Below are positions 13,430-25,186 of a DNA stretch of 64,000 nucleotides, piece after piece (position 1 is the stretch's first letter; each line of letters starts with the position of its first letter). Source of the DNA: Malacoraja senta (lineage: Eukaryota); assembly GCA_038087875.1 (NCBI GenBank), contig JAXLNO010000600.1:496001-560000 (forward strand). The letters run 5' to 3'. Both the position numbers and the translations under genes were made by a program. The notes beneath the pieces were generated by a model. That model saw nothing but the letters and a program-made list of their open reading frames with translations. It was not told the DNA's origin and did no database searches.

Positions 13430-13985
13430 GTTTAAGAAAGAACTGCAGATGCTGGAAAAATCGAAGGTAGATAAAAATGCTGGAGAAACTCAGCAGGTGA
13501 GGCAGCATCTATGGAGCGAAGGAATAGGTGACATTTCGGGTCGAGACCCTTCTTCAGATTGATGTGGGGGTGGGGGGCAGAAAGAAGAAAGGAAGAGGCG
13601 GAGACAGTGGGCTGTGGGAGAGCTGGGAAGGGGAGGGGAAGGAGGGAGAAAGCAAGGACTACCTGAAATTGGAGAAGTCAATGTTCATACCGTTGGGGTG
13701 TAAACTACCCAAGCGAAATATGAGGTGCTACTCCTCCAATTTCCGGTGGTGCTCACTCTGGCCATGGAGGAGGCCCAGGACAGAAAGGTCGGATTCGGAA
13801 TGGGAGGGGGAGTTGAAGTGCTGAGCCACAGGGAGATCAGGTTGGTTAATGCAGACCGAGCGGAGGTGTTCGGCCTAACGATCGCCAAGCCTACGCTTGG
13901 TCTCACCGATGTACGTCAGCTGCCACCTGGAGCAGCGGATGCAATAGATGAGGTTGGAGGAGGTGCAGATGAACCTCTGCCACAC
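13430..13985 (-). mobile_element. Penelope-like element 3' fragment (GIY-YIG plus pLTR)
   Basis: reverse-complement homolog of 44035-44515. Confidence 0.85.
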
Positions 13986-14829
13986 CTGGTTCTCTAACTT
14001 GATTGCTTTATGATATAATTGAGTTAAATGGAAATGAACTGTCCCAAATTAGTGTCACATGTGGCTGAGTGAGACTGTGGCTAATATTTTTTTATATTCT
14101 GTTCTTCCATTGGGCGAGTTCATCTTCTTTGGATTTGAGAGCTGGAAAGGTGGTTCCCATGGGTTAAATCCAACTGTATCTTGGCCTGGGAATTGTGGAC
14201 TGTGAATTTAATCTCACAGTTCACAGACTCGAGATGTGCGTTGGTCTTTCGCATCGGCCAGCGGGATTCCTTCCGTGTTGTTTGATTGCAGGGTCTCTAA
14301 AACACTCACCTGAAGAGGATTCTGCAGTTTGCCGGGATTCGCTGTTATCCTATGGTATCTATGGAATGTTCCCGTCACAGCGTGGAAACAGGCCCATCTG
14401 CCCAGGCTGGCCCCATCTACATAAGTCCCACCATTTGGCCCATATCCTCTAAACCTTTCCTATCCATGTACCTGTCCAAATATCTTTGAAACATTGTGAT
14501 AGTCCCTGCCTCAACTACCTCCTCTGACAGCTTGTTCCATACACCCCCCCCACCTCCTATGTGTAAAAGTTGCCCCACAGGTTCCTGTTGCATCTTTCCC
14601 CTCTCACAAACCTGTTATACCCCAACTCTGGGTAAAAGACTCTGTCCATTCCCCACTGCAATCTCTCTCGTACAATTCTATAAGATCACCCCTGATCGTG
14701 TTCCTGTATCCCTGATCCTGATCAGAAATTGGTTTTCACAAAAAACAAGGACCCAAAGGTTTGCAGTGAAGCTCATTCAGAGGGCTGGTGAGAAAGAACT
14801 TGTAACCCTCCTCGTTCCAAGAACAACTT

Positions 14830-15132
14830 GGCGACACGGTGGCGCAGTGGTAGAGTTGCTGCCTCACCGCGCCAGAGACCCGGGTTCCATCCCGACCACG
14901 GGTGCTGTCTGTACGGAGTTTATATTTTCTCCCCGTGACCTGCGTGGGAATTCTCCGAGATCTTCGGTTTCTTCCCATACTTCAAAGACGTACAAGTTTG
15001 TAGGTTAATTGGCTTGGTCTAAATGTAAAATTGTCCTGAGTGTGTGTAGGATAGTGTTAATGTGCGGGGATCGCTGGTCGGTGCGGACTCGGTGGGCCGA
15101 AGGGCCTGTTTCCGCGCGTTATCTCTAAAACT
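14830..15132 (+). mobile_element. HE1-type tRNA-derived SINE (representative full copy)
   Basis: A-box/B-box head (ggtggcgcagtggtagag...gggttccatccc) and CR1-shared tail gggccgaagggcctgtttcc; further copies near 1385, 3931, 12805, 15752, 37533, 48165 (+) and 24465, 28400, 46630, 50130, 50615 (-). Confidence 0.8.
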
Positions 15133-16703
15133 TAAAAAACTGGTGGCATAACATTGACAGTATGAGGTCATAAGGAATAGTAGAATTAGGCCATTTGGCC
15201 CATCAAGTCTACTCTGCCATTCAATCATGCTGTTCTACCTCTCCCTCCTAACCCCATTTTCCTGCCTTCGTCCCATAACCTCTGACACCCGTACTAATCA
15301 AGAATCTATCTATCTCTGCCTTAAATATATACACTGACTTGGCCTCCACAGCCGTCTGTGGCAATGAATTCCACAGATTCACCACCCTCTGGCTAAAGAA
15401 ATTTCTTCTCTTTCTAAAGGTATTTCCTTTAAGAGTTTGAACATTCTCACTGTAACCGGGTCAGATTCTTCCAGGTTCTCCGCCTTCCTCCCCACATCTC
15501 AAAGACGTGCGGTTTGTAGGTTAATTGTGATCGATGGTCGATGCCCACTCAGTGGGCCGAATGGCCTGTTTCCATGCTGTAAGTTTTAATCAATTCTTAC
15601 AACCTTTTATTTCGACTGTGAGCGGTTTATTGTTCGACCTCATGTTCTATTGCAACTTATTAACCAAAGAACATTGCCTGTCTGCATCATAACTCTGATA
15701 GCAAGTCTGGGGTGGATTAAGGGCAGACTTGTGTATAATTTCAAGAACTTAGGTGGCACAGTGGCATTTAGTGGTAGAGTTGCTGCCTTACAACGCCAAG
15801 GACCCGGCTTCGATCCCGACCACGGGTGCTGTCTGTACGGACTTTGTACGTTCTCCCCGTGACATGTGTGGGTTTTCTCCGAGATCTTCGGTTTCCTCCC
15901 ACACTCCAAAGACGTACAGGTCTGTAGGTTAATTGGCTTGGTGAAAATGTAAAATTGTCCTGAGTGTGTGTAGGATAGTGTTAATGTGCGAGGATCGCTG
16001 GTCGGTGCGGACTCGGTGGGCCGAAGGGCCTGTTTCCGTGCTGTATCTCTAAAACTAATTTTTTTTTAAACTGGTGCATAACATTGACTGTATTAGGTCA
16101 TAAGGAATAGTAGAATTAGGCCATTCAGCCCGTCAAGTCTACTCCGCCATTCAATCATGGCTGATCTATCTTCCTCCTAATCCCATTCTCCTGCCTTCTC
16201 CCCATAACCTCTGACATCTGTACTAATCAAGAAAAATAGCAGCACAATGTTTGCATCCTTTCCCCATCTCCAAGACCCTTGGACCCAGTGGAATATTTGA
16301 AAATGCCAGCCATTGTTGTAAAGCAGCATACACGGCAGTTAATTATTTCACAGCTAGTTCCCACACACATTAGTGAGATGAGCATCAGATCATCTGATTT
16401 TAGAGATCGTTGCTAAGTATTCATTCAGTGGACCATGGAATTCTCTTCTACTGGAGCAATGGCTGTAGATTCTTTTAAGTTCATAGTCACAGTGATACAG
16501 TGTGGAAACAGCCCCTTCGGCCCAACTTGCCCACACTGGCCAACATATCCCAGCTGCACTAATCGCACCAGCCTACGTTTGGTCCATATCCCTCCAAACC
16601 TGTCCTATCCATGTACCTGTCCAACGGTTTCTTAGACGTTGGGATAGTCCCAGCCTCAACTACCTCCTCTGGCAGCTTGTTCCATAAACCTACCACCCTT
16701 TGT

Positions 16704-17538
16704 TCCGGTAGTGGCGGCGCTGTTGAACAGCAGCGGCTCGCCTGCAGTCCGTCTGTTTTTACTTTTTGTTGTTGTTTTCTTTTGTCCTGTTTTAGTTAAA
16801 TTTTAGTGTATTGGGTTGTGTATGTGTGGGGTGGGGGGGTGAAACATGATTTTTGTCTCTTCGGGGGAATGCGACTTTTTCTTGTCGTATCCCCCTTCTC
16901 TGCCTCCGTCTGCGCTGAGGCCTAATGGCGGAGCTGGCGGCCTCCAACTGCGACCGACCAACCTCGAGGCTCCGGAGGCAGAGCCAGGACTTACCAGCGC
17001 GGGGCTGGCCGGCTTCGGGGCTGCGGTGGCGTTCTGGCGGTGGCGACCGAGGACACTGGTGGCGACCTGAATCCGGATGCTCGACCGCGGGCCCGGTGGA
17101 CGACATCGTCGGGAGCTCGCAAGTCACAGGTGGGTGACCTGTTTTTCTGGAGCTCCCGCAACTACAGCTGCGTCCGCTGGACTGGAGGGCGGCAGGTTCG
17201 ACCACCCCGGGCCGCGGAGTTTGAACCGGCCCGTCGAGGAGCGGAGCTCGGATTCAGCCGCGGGACTGACTTACCATCACCCGGCGGGGTCACAACATCA
17301 GAAGCCTGGATCGCCTCAGCGCAGAGGAAGAACAAAGAGGGAAGAGACAGAGACTTTAAGACTTTTGCCTCCATCACAGTGAGGAGGTGCCTGGTGAACT
17401 CACTGTGGTGGATGTTAATTTGTGTTTATTGTGTGTTTTGTTATTTATTATTATATGTATGACTGCAGGCAACGAAATTTCGTTCAGACCGAAAGGTCTG
17501 AATGACAAATAAAGGAATCTCTAATCTCTAATCTCTCT
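16704..17538 (+). mobile_element. apparently full-length GC-rich non-autonomous retroposon with Rex1-like 3' end
   Basis: splits a CR1 tail (accaccctttgt | aaaagttacccctc); CpG-rich noncoding body, two 3' hairpins, aataaa plus (AATCTCT)n tail. Confidence 0.7.
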
Positions 17539-19604
17539 AAAAGTTACCCCTCGGATTCCTATTAAATCTTTTCCCCTTCACCTTGAATCTATGTCCTCTG
17601 GCCCTCGATTCCCCTGCTTGGGGCAAGAGATTCTGTGCATCTATCTGATCTATTCCTGATTTTATAAATTCATCTAAGACACCAGACGAGGTCTGGGTTT
17701 AACATTTTATCAACCGTGTTATCATTGGTACAACAGTGAGCGTCTAGGTATTGCAGACTAGGCACCAGACTGAGACAGGAAGTCACAATCTGTTGACGTA
17801 GTATTTCTTAGTGATCCATAAGAACACTCAGAAACACTTAGCACTTGCCGTCTATGCGATATGTTGACAAGAACGTTATAGAAATAGACGAGAGGATGAC
17901 TATTTAGCCCGCTGTGTCAGCTGCACAATTTAGATTAAGACTGATCTTCCACCCCTGTACCACTTTGCAACAACATAGGGTTTAGGATACATCTAAAAAA
18001 TTTTGAAACAAGGAACTACAGATGCTGGTTTACAAAAAAAGGGCACAATGTGCTGAACTGGATATACTCAGCAACTAAGCCTGTTGGCTGGAAATTCCAA
18101 AGTCTCACTACTCTTTGAACCAAGCATTTTCTCCTCCTTCCTGTCCTGATTGGACATCCCTTATTTAGTCACCTTTCCCCCGATTCTGGCCACCCCATCC
18201 AATGGAACCATTGTCATGTTCATTAGTTATAGAAGCAGAATTTGGCCATTCGGCCCATCAAGTCTACTCCACCATTCAATCATGGCTGATCGATCTTTCC
18301 CTCTCAACCCCATTCTCCGGCCTTCTCCCCATAACCCCTGACACCCGCACTAATCAAGAATCTGTCAATGTCCACCTTAAAAATATCCACTGGCTTGACC
18401 TCCACAGCCGTCTGTTGCAAAGAATTCCACAGATTCACCACCCTCTGACTAAAGAAATTCCTCCTCATCTCCTTCCTAAAAGAACGTCCTTTTATTCTGA
18501 GGCTGTGACCTCTGGTCCTAGACTCTCCCACTAGTGGAAACATCCTCTCCACATCCACTCTATCCAGGCTTTTCATTATTTGGTACGTTTCAATGAGGTC
18601 CCACCGCATCCTTGCATTTGCCCATTCAAGCCCTAATAGAAATTTATTTGCTTCAGTAAGATCACTGTTTCAGCGTATGTCACTGCACTTAGTTTATATC
18701 AGTTCAACAGGAAGTGGCTGAATGTAGAAATGTATTTTTCTGATATACTGTTTCCCCAGACATGTAAAAATGCTTACGTTTAAGAAAGAACTGCAGATGC
18801 TGGAAAAATCGAAGGTAGACAAAAATGCTGGAGAAACTCAGCGGGTGAGGCAGCATCTATGGAGCGAAGGAATAGATGACGTTTCGGGTCGAGATCGTTC
18901 TTCAGACTGAAGAAGGGTCTCGACCCGAAACGTCACCTATTCCTTTGGCTTGTTTCTCTGCCTCAGAGGGCGGTGGAGGCCGGTTCTCTGGATACTTTCA
19001 AGAGAGAGCTAGATAAGGCTCTTAAAGATAGCGTAGTCAAAGGATACGGGGAGAAGGCAGGAACGGGGTACTGATTGTGGATGATCAGCCATGATCACAT
19101 TGAATGGCGGTGCTGGCTCGAAGGGCCGAATTGTCGAAGCACCTATTGTCTAAGCCAAGGATCCAAGTGAAGACACTGAAGCTTCATCAGCAAACATCTT
19201 GCCAAACAAGCCAAGCCTCTCTGTGGGTCACCTCATGAGCTGTTGGTTTATTGTTGTCACGCTTGCCGGGGAACGGTGAAAAACTTTATGTTGCCTGCTA
19301 TCCGAGCAAATCAGACTCTACATGTGTAGTAAGCTTCATGTTTATGGGTATATATTTAATTTTATTTACATCAGTTTATTTGGAAAATGGCTATATTGGT
19401 GATTACCTGTGTACATGTTTTTGTTTCTTTCTGATATGCTGTTTCTCAGGTTAAGTATAAATAATGTATTTTGATGCTTCACGAGTTGTTTCCTCTACAC
19501 ACCTGCAAGATCTCGAGAGGTCACCTATTCCTTCTCTCCAGAAATGCTGCCTGACCTGCTGAGCTACTCCAGCTTTTTGTGTCTACTCCTTCTTTGCTAA
19601 GTGA

Positions 19605-20157
19605 CAACAGACAATAGGTGCAGGAGTAGGCCATTCGGCCCTTCAAGCCAGCACCGCCATTCAATGTGATCATGGCTGATCATCCACAATCAGTACCCCG
19701 TTCCTGCCTTCTCCCCCGTTCCTGCCTTCTCCCCATATCCCCTGACTCCACTATCTTTAAGAACCCTATCTAGCTCTCTCTTGAAAGTATCCAGAGAACC
19801 GGCCTCCACCTGAGGCAGAGAATTCCACAGACTCACAACTCTCTGTGTGAAAGAGTGTTTACTCATCTCCGTTCTAAATGGCTTACCCCTTATTCTTAAA
19901 CTGTGGCCCCAGGTTCTGGACTCCCCCAACATCGGTAACATGTTTCCTGCCTCTAGCGTGTCCAAGCCCTTAATAATCTTATATGTTTCAATAAGAACCC
20001 CTCTCATCCTTCTAAATTCCAGAGTATACAAGCCCAGCCGCTCCATTCTCTCAGCATATGACAGTCCCACCATCCTGGGAATTAACCTTGTGAACCTACG
20101 CTGCACTCCCTCAATAGCAAGTCCTCAAATTAGGGGACCAAAACTGCACACAATACT
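19605..20157 (-). mobile_element. CR1 3' fragment
   Basis: QRRFTRLIP...LEFRRMRG...SRTWGHSL...RVVSLWNSLP. Confidence 0.9.
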
Positions 20158-20476
20158 CCTGTAGATTGGAGAGTAGCTAATGTTATCCCACTTTTTAAGA
20201 AAGGCGGGAGAGAGAAAACAGGAAATTATAGATAATTTAGCCTGACATCGGTGGTGGGGAAGATGCTGGAAGATCACACTATGATCAAATTGAAGGTACA
20301 TGCAAGTGCACGTGAGAAGTGAAGCAAAGTTGTATTTAAAATCAGTAGATGAAATAATTCCACTGTACAACAGCTTCATACCACCACGAGTTAAACTCCA
20401 CAGCCGAAGATGGAAGAGCTTCATATCTTTGAGTGTTGTGAAGGGAAAATATCCAACGTGGCCTGTTAGGATCATT

Positions 20477-23400
20477 CATAGAAACATAGAAAATAGGTGC
20501 AGGAGTAGGCCATTCGGCCCTTCGAGCCTGCACCGCCATTCAATATGATCATGGCTGATCATCCAACTCACTATCCTGTACCTGCCTTCTCTCCATACCC
20601 CCTGATCCCTTTAGCCACAAGGGCCACATCTAACTCCCTCTTAAATATAGCCAATGAACTGGCCTCAACTACCTTCTGTGGCAGAGAGTTCCAGAGATTC
20701 ACCACTCTCTGTGTGAAAAAAGTTTTTCTCATCTCGGTCCTAAAGGATTTCCCCCTTATCCTTAAGCTGTGACCCCTTGTCCTGGACTTCCCCAACTTCG
20801 GGAACAATCTTCCTGCATCTAACCTGTCCAACCCCTTGAGAATTTTGTAAGTTTCTATAAGATCCCCCCTCAATCTCCTAAATTCTAGCGAGTACAAGCC
20901 GAGTCTATCCAGTCTTTCTTCATATGAAAGTCCTGACATCCCAGGAATCAGTCTGTTGAACCTTCTCTGCACTCCCTCTATGGCAATAATGTCTTTCCTC
21001 AGATTTGGAGACCAAAACTGTAAAGAAGCTGAGTCTGACTCACTTGTAGCTTTACTTAACGTTTAATTATAAGACAGGTTAAACACTTTCCAGCACTGAC
21101 TGCACCCAGTCTGTCATCATGCTGGAACCAAGGGAGGAGCACACGAGAGATAGAGTTCTTATACTTGATAACTAAGGCGTGGTTAGTGGTACTGAGGTAG
21201 CTATATTATTGGTTGCATGAATAAACCATCTACAAAAACTGTACGCAATACTCCAGGTGTGGTCTCACCAAGACCCTGTACAACTGCAGTAGAACCTCCC
21301 TGCTCCTATACTCAAATCCTTTTGCTATGAATGCTAACATACCATTCGCTTTCTTCACTGCCTGCTGCACCTGCATGCCTACTTTCAATGACTGGTGTAC
21401 CATGACACCCAGGTCTCGTTGCATCTCCCCTTTTCCTAATCGGCCACCATTTAGATAATAGTCTGCTTTCCTGTTTTTGCCACCAAAGTGGATAACCTCA
21501 CATTTGATCCACATTATACTGCATCTGCCATGCATTTGCCCACTCACCCAGCCTATCCAAGTCACCTTGCAGCCTCCTAGCATCCTCCTCGCAGCTAACA
21601 CTGCCCCCCAGCTTAGTGTCATCTGCAAACTTGGAGATGTTGCATTCAATTCCCTCATCCAAATCATTAATATATATTCTAAATAGCTGGGGTCCCAGCA
21701 CTGAGCCTTGCGGTACCCCACTAGTCACTGCCTGCCATTCTGAAAAGGACCTGTTTACTCCTACCCTTTGCTTCCTGTTTGCCAGCCAGTTCTCTATCCA
21801 CATCAATACTGAACCCCCAATACCGTGTGCTTTAAGTTTGTATACTAATCTCTTATGTGGGACCTTGTCGAAAGCCTTCTGAAAGTCCAGATATAACACA
21901 TCCACTGGTTCTCCCTATCCACTCTACTAGTTACATCCTCGAAAAATTCTATAAGATTCGTCAGACATGATTTACCTTTCGTAAACCCATGCTGACTTTG
22001 TCCAATGATTTCACCACTTTTCAAATGTGCTGCTATCCCATCTTTAATAACTGACTCTAGCAGTTTCCCCACTACCGATGTTAGACTAACTGGTCTGTAA
22101 TTCCCCGTTTTCTCTCTCCCTCCATTTTTAAAAAGTGGGGTTACATTAGCTACCCTCCAATCCTCAGGAACTACTCCAGAATCTAAAGAGTTTTGAAAAA
22201 TTATCACTAATGCATCCACTATTTCTGGAGCTACTTCCTTAAGTACTCTGGGATGCAGCCTATCTGGCCCTGGGGATTTATCGGCCTTTAATCCATTCAA
22301 TTTACCTAACACCACTTGCCGGCTCACCTGGATTTCACTCAGTTCCTCCATCTCCTTTGACCCGCGGTCCCCTGCTATTTCCGGCAGATTATTTATGTCT
22401 TCCTTAGTGAAGACGGAACCAAAGTACTTATTCAATTGGTCCGCCATGTCCTTGTTCCCCATGATCAATTCACCTGTTTCTGACTGCAAGGGACCTACAT
22501 TTGTTTTAACTAATCTCTTTCTCTTCACATATCTATAAAAACTTTTGCAGTCAGTTTTAATGTTCCCTGCCAGTTTTCTTTCATAATCTATTTTCCCTTT
22601 CCTAATTAAGCCCTTTGTCCTCCTCTGCTGGTCTCTGAATTTCTCCCATTCCTCTGGTTGGCTGCTTTTTCTGGCTAATTTGTACGCTTCATCTTTTGCT
22701 TTGATGCTATCCCTGATTTCCCTCGTTATCCACGGATGCACTACCTTCCCTGATTTATTCTTTTGCCAAACTGGGATGAACAATTTTTGTAGTTCATCCA
22801 TGCAGTCTTTAAATGCCTTCCATTGCATATCCACCGTCAACCCTTTAAGAATTAATCGCCAGTCAATCTTGGCCAATTCACGTCTCATACCCTCAAAGTT
22901 ACCTTTCTTTAAGTTCAGAACCATTGTTTCTGAATTAACCATGTCACTCTCCATCCTAATGAAGAACTCAACCATATTATGGTCACTCTTGCCCAAGGGG
23001 CCACGTACAACAAGACTGTTATCTAACCCTTCCTCATTACTCAATACCCAGTCTAGAATAGCCTGCTCTCTCGTTGGTTCCTCTACATGTTGGTTTAGAA
23101 AACTATCCCGCATACATTCCAAGAAATCCTCTTCATCAGCACCCCTGCCAATTTGATTCACCCAATCTATATGTAGATTGAAGTCACCCATTATAACTGT
23201 TTTACCTTTGTTGCACGCATTTCTAATTTCCTGTTTGATGCCATCCCCAACTTCACTACTACTGTTAGGTGGCCTGTACACAACACCCACTAGCGTTTTC
23301 TGCCCCTTAGTGTTTCGCAGCTCTACCCATATCAATTCCACATCCTCCAAGCTAATGTCCTTCCTTTCCATTGCGTTAATCTCCTCTCTAACCAGCAACG

Positions 23401-23890
23401 CTACCCCACCTCCTTTTCCTTTCTGTCTATCCCTCCTGAATATTGAATATTCCTGGATGTTCAGCTCCCAGCCTTGGTCTCCCTGGAGCCATGTCTCCGT
23501 GATCCCAACTATATCATAATCATTAATAGCTATCTGCACATTCAACTCATCTACCTTATTACGAATGCTCCTTGCATTGAGACACAAAGCCTTCAGGCTT
23601 GTTTTTACAACGCTCTTACCCCTTATATAATTTTGTTGAAAAGTGGCCCTGTTTGATTTTTGCCCTGGATTTGTCTGTCTGCCACTTTTACTTTTCACCT
23701 TGCTACCTATTGCTTTTACCCCCATTTTACACCCCTCTGTCTCTCTGCTCACAAATTTAAGAACCCCACCACCTCTTATTCTCTGTTTATTATTGTTTTC
23801 TTCTTTCCCCCTACATGTTGGGTCTGAGTGCTTCCCTTCTCTGCCTCCTGCCTCACACACTGTCTACTAGCTTTCTCTATTTGAGTCCCT
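20477..23890 (-). mobile_element. CR1 LINE with near-complete ORF2 (APE endonuclease plus RT), disrupted
   Basis: ORF 21845-23860 has CLNARSIRNK, VGITETWL, VYRPP, MGDFN, SDH; RT motifs [24 protein letters not shown] continue after frameshifts near 21915 and 21505; (CTATGTTT)n 3' tail at about 20477; interrupted by a solo LTR. Confidence 0.95.
21019..21234 (-). mobile_element. solo LTR (216 bp) inserted in the CR1
   Basis: TGTA...TACA termini; perfect 5-bp TSD AAAAC (21014-21018, 21235-21239); removal restores the CR1 sequence accaaaactgtacgcaata; TATA-like and ATTAAA motifs on -. Confidence 0.8.
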
Positions 23891-23984
23891 CATTTGAGTA
23901 GGCCTCATTTGAGTAGGCCATTCGATACAGGCTTGGCTTGTTATAGAGCTCCTACTGTTTATACGTAATAATGATGTGGTCATA

Positions 23985-24350
23985 TAATAATAATAATAAT
24001 GCATTTTATTTGCTGGCGCCTTTCTGGACACCCAAGGACACCTTACAGGACATAAAATCACAAAAAATACCAAGGTCTCAAGGACACCTTACAGAGACCA
24101 ACAAATAAGAAACACATAATCGGAATAAAATAAATTATAAAGACACCACAATACACAAATCAAGGACAGAATTCATTCCAAAGGCACAAAAAAGAAAATC
24201 AGAAACACAATTTGAGGAGAGAGCAGCGGCAGCCAAACCGCGCTAGCATCCACTCTCCCCTCCGACCGCCATCTTGAACACAGACCAACAAAGACACAGC
24301 ACACAAAAATCACCCCCCCCCCACAATGACCACCACTGTGGGGGAAGGCA
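23985..24350 (-). repeat. non-autonomous retroposon with L2-type tail
   Basis: aaggcgcc...aaataaaatgcattattattatta 3' end on -. Confidence 0.45.
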
Positions 24351-25186
24351 CAGGAATAAAGTTCAAGGTTTTAAAGAAATTGAAAGAATTCACTTACTAC
24401 GACATTGCAGAGGCCATTCCACTCATTGTGTCCACAGCATCTCCCAGAAGTTTTAGTTTTCTAGTTTAGAAATACAGCGCGGAAACAGGCCCTTCGGTCT
24501 CTCGAGTCCGCGCCGACCAGCGATCGCCTGCACATTAACACCACCCTACACACACTAAAGGAAATTTTACATTTCTACCAAGCCAATTAACCTACAAGCC
24601 TGCACATCTTCGGAGTGTGGGAGGAAACCGAAGATCTCGGAGAAAATCCATACGGTCACAATAGACAATAGGTGCAGGTATAGGCCATTCGGCCCTTCGA
24701 GCCAGCACCGCCATTCACTTGGATCATGGCTGATCATCCACAATCAGTACCCCGTTCCTGCCTTCAACCCATATCCCTTGACTCACTTTGTTTAAGAGCT
24801 CTATCTAACTCTCTTGAAACCATCCAGAGAATTGGCCTCCACTGCATTCTGAGGCAGAGAATTCCACAGATTCACAACTCTGGGTGAAAACATTTTTCCT
24901 CATCTCCGTTCTAAATGGCCTACCCTTATTCTTAAACTGTGGCCCCTGGTTCTGGACTCCCCCAACATCGGGACCATGTCACCTGCCTCTAGAGTGTCCA
25001 ATCCCTTAATAATCTTATATGTTTCGATAAGATTCCCTCTCATCCTTCTAAATTCCAGAGTATACAAGCCCAGCCGCTCCATTCTATCAACATAGGACAG
25101 TCCCGCCATCCTGGGAATTAAGGCTGCCTTCCCTCAATAGCAAGAATGTCCTTCCTCAAATTTAGAGACCAGAATTGCACACAATA

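Noticed and set aside
14830..14900. tRNA-like sequence (also at other SINE heads)
   Set aside because: SINE heads with A/B boxes but no complete cloverleaf, always followed by the SINE body
17670..17880. Possible second LTR-like insert
   Set aside because: No convincing TG...CA ends or TSD could be defined
22680..23519. + strand hydrophobic ORFs opposite CR1 (also 11990, 25946, 51409, 59835)
   Set aside because: Antisense shadows of LINE ORF2
21845..23860. 671-aa ORF as a host gene or active LINE
   Set aside because: CR1 ORF2 broken by frameshifts and an LTR insertion; no intact ORF1 seen
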